DNA of 64,000 bases, taken from contig MU006103.1 of assembly GCA_010093705.1 (NCBI GenBank), positions 310,001-374,000 of the forward strand. The letters are read 5' to 3'. Below the pieces are notes generated by a model, which had not been told where the DNA came from, ran no database searches, and was given only the letters and a program-made list of their open reading frames with translations. Shown piece by piece: positions 61,239-64,000 of this stretch. How positions within the stretch are numbered: the first letter of the stretch is position 1; the number at the start of each line of letters is the position of its first letter. This DNA is from Patellaria atrata CBS 101060 (lineage: Eukaryota). Position numbers and translations under genes: made by a program.

Positions 61239-62669
61239 TCCGTCATCGATTAAGGTAGATAGGAGTGCTTGTAAAATAGCGATAATGATACCTCATCTAT
61301 CTTCATACTATGCGTACTAAGATCACGTATGATTTGCCAATCAGCCTCTCTGCTTATATTCTACACTCCCTCTTAGGAACTCCCACTTGACCAGTCAATC
61401 AAACGAGGTCTCAGAACAAAGGACTTAGAATAATATATATGTAAGCGTAGAGGATTCATCATACTCTTGTAATACGGATAATATCCCATTCATACCTTCC
61501 TCTATCCAGACACCAAGCGTACAGTAGAACTAAATCCTACAACCAATCTTATAAAGCCCTTCGGCTATACCGTCAAAGCGAGCAAGCAATCTAAATAACC
61601 TTGACTTGTACAAAGTATAAACTATATGAAGCACAGAGGTTGATGAACACGCGACACCATACGTTCTAATGCGAAAGAAACAGCAAAGATACAGTGACTG
61701 AAAGCGTGCATAGTGACGAACGCTGATACCCGTTTTACCGTCCAAACCTTGTACTCTGAGAGTGTAGTATGTGTACTGTAGAATAGTCGAGAGGAGAGGG
61801 GACGCTCTTGTGAGATTGTGGATAACTGAATATAGTCGCTTGATTTTTTTATCTATCTATCGAAGGAATTTCTATATATACTAAAGAGCTACTGAGAGTC
61901 GTTGAGATATCTGTTGAGATAGTGGAGTCCGTTGAGGACGAAATAAACAATTGTTGAAGAGAGACTTTTTCGTGCTCCATGCTACTCTGTGGTTGACATC
62001 TGACAGATAGTTGATAGATCCACCAAAGGACCCATACTTCAACAGTACCCATGGTCGCCAATAGCACCAATACTCCAACAGCGCCACCATCTAACAATAC
62101 TTAACTTATAAGTCGGAGCCGAGCACTTAGCTCTGAAAACCTCCAACATAAGGCTTGGGAGATCAGCCGTCTGACAGCTCTTCATTCTATCAGAACCAGC
62201 CAGTTTGGTATAAGTCGTCAATTTGAAGGTTGCTTTTACTGAACTGTATAGACAATTGAAAGGTCGCAATGGTAAGGTACAAGTTCATCGGTATACTATT
62301 ATCTGCACAGAGAGAGTACTGTACAGCAACGAAGGATCGTCCCATCATGCTTGAGTGGGATATTTAGGATGACGTTCTGGATGTAGGTATGTTTAAATCA
62401 TACATTTCGAACTGGAAGATATACAAGGTCAAATAGGTTAAAACATGTTGCTCATACTCGAGAGACAATGTAATGGTAAGATATTCCGACCTTGCTTGAG
62501 ATGATGTTGTTATTAAGGTAATTACCCAAAACGGACATAGCCTGGAGGGGAACAGCTGTCCCATCATCCTCACATGCCCCTTCCTCCATCCCCCACGCAA
62601 AAAGTCCTCACTCACCAGCGAATCCTAAACTACAACCCTCCAAACCCACAGTACTACTCCCCTCTCACA

Positions 62670-63883
62670 ATGGAGCTCGCCCAATTCGACAACGACCCGA
62701 ACCTCTACCTCTTCACCTCCCTCACCGCCGGCTCCTCTCACATCGTCACGGCAACCTCGCGCATAGAAACGATCCTAAAAGCAAACCGCATCCCCTTCAC
62801 CTATAAAGATACCGCGACCGATGAGCTCGCGAAGAAGCTCTTCCAGCGACGTGGCGCGAAGAAGAAGCTGCCCTTGCTCGTCAGGCAGGGTTACGTCATT
62901 GCGGTATGTGCTCCTAATTCCACGACGCAAAACCGGGGGGGAAAGGGGGCATGGTGTATGGAGGCTAATTTACATTGGGAGTTTTCTAGGATCTAGAAGA
63001 GGTAGAGGATTGGAACGAGATGGATGAAATAGAGGAAAACCTCGGCGATGTGCCTGGCGCGGGGACTATCCCTATGTCCACCGCGCCCACGCCCGCCGCA
63101 TCTTCCACATCCACGCCCGTAAAACAGGCTTCTGCACCGCCGAAACCGAAGGAGGAAGACTCGAAGGCTCTGCCTATGCGGCAGTTGGCCTCTGAGGCTG
63201 CGTCCGTCGCTACAGCGAAGAAGAACGCGGCGGCTGCGGCCCTGAAGCAGACGACGGCTTCTACGATAAGTTCTACGGCAAAGTCTACGGGTAGTACATC
63301 TACAGGTGCATCAATGGGGGAGGAGTCATCTACGTCCTCCACCGCTGCCAAACCTGAGGTTCCACCACCTGCTCAAGCTAGCCCTTCCGGCCCAGCGAAG
63401 ACACATAGAGGGTCGAGTATCAGTTTGGCAAGCGAGGAGGAGATAAAAGCGATTGAGAAAGCGACTGCAATACCTGAGGAGGATGAGGAAGACGAAGAGG
63501 ATGAGGAAAGCGAGGAGGATGAGGAAGACGAGGAGGATGAGGAAGACGAGGAGGATGAGGAAGACGAGGAGGATGAGGACAAGGGAAAGGTCAAACCGGC
63601 GGTACCAGCCACATCCAATGCGGAGAAAGCAGCTGAGGTCAAGCCGGTCACTGAACTGGATGACAAGGGAACGAGTAATTCAGAAGCGAAGAAAAAGCAT
63701 ATGGCAGAAAATGAAGACGAGGACGAAGAGAACGAAGGGGACGATGATGATGATGATAGTGAAGAGGAAGAAAGTGATGAGAGTGACGAAGACCTAACAG
63801 CCATTACATCAAAGATGCCTACAGCAATTGAGACTCAGGGAGCTAAGGAGCCTGAAAATGCAGGAGTTAGTGTAGAGGACTAA
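62670..63883 (+). CDS. SH3BGR/glutaredoxin-like (thioredoxin-fold) protein with a long acidic tail
   Basis: LYLFTSLTAGSSHIVTATSRIETILKANRIPF...D.ATDE.A++LF.RR...KLP.LV+.G...DLEEVEDWNE. Intron 62904-62989. Glu/Asp tracts, including 18-nt GAGGAGGATGAGGAAGAC-type repeats at about 63476-63580. Confidence 0.85.
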
Positions 63884-64000
63884 TTAATTTGTATTATGTG
63901 ATTGAAGATATCCATAAAGCGTAAACTATGAATTTTTATTCTCGATATGACATTGCCCGTGTGCTCATTATCATGCTACCACAAGCTATGTACGGTAAAG

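Noticed and set aside
1..64000. tRNA, rRNA, CRISPR arrays, intact transposase or retroelement ORFs, secondary-metabolite cluster
   Set aside because: None seen by eye. The window is eukaryotic and mostly housekeeping. A covariance-model scan could still find small RNAs.

Overview
Gene-dense chromosomal DNA from a filamentous ascomycete (Pezizomycotina), with GT-AG introns carrying CTRAY-type branch points. It holds about 21 protein-coding loci: a WrbA/Pst2-type flavodoxin-like quinone reductase, the ACE1/SltA C2H2 transcription factor, FAN1, a NIF3/YqfO PII-like protein, an F-box-like protein, a CCCH-Smr protein, Snt2, Nsr1/nucleolin, Alg6, RanGAP Rna1, a small secreted prepropeptide, a mitochondrial two-RRM protein, Pex5, a DUF1294 protein, a C-terminally anchored unknown, a Pth11-like membrane protein, HapC, prefoldin 2, Cmc2, an RBR E3 ligase and an SH3BGR/glutaredoxin-like acidic protein. 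There is also an APH-family pseudogene, a MITE-like element and a 110-N assembly gap. Main leads: (1) the quinone reductase stop is TGA-CTAG, the canonical readthrough context, followed in frame by a 57-residue extension ending in a polybasic patch, a Cys and a CaaX box (CIVL), so one gene may yield soluble and prenylated isoforms; (2) an 82-aa precursor (signal, acidic pro-region, KR) releases an 18-aa amphipathic disulfide-loop peptide resembling frog antimicrobial peptides; (3) a protein with an N-terminal AIM/LIR and a C-terminal membrane anchor looks like a selective-autophagy receptor; (4) all three coding introns of ACE1/SltA are in frame and stop-free. All gene models and family calls were made by eye from the sequence and recalled family motifs, with no database search.
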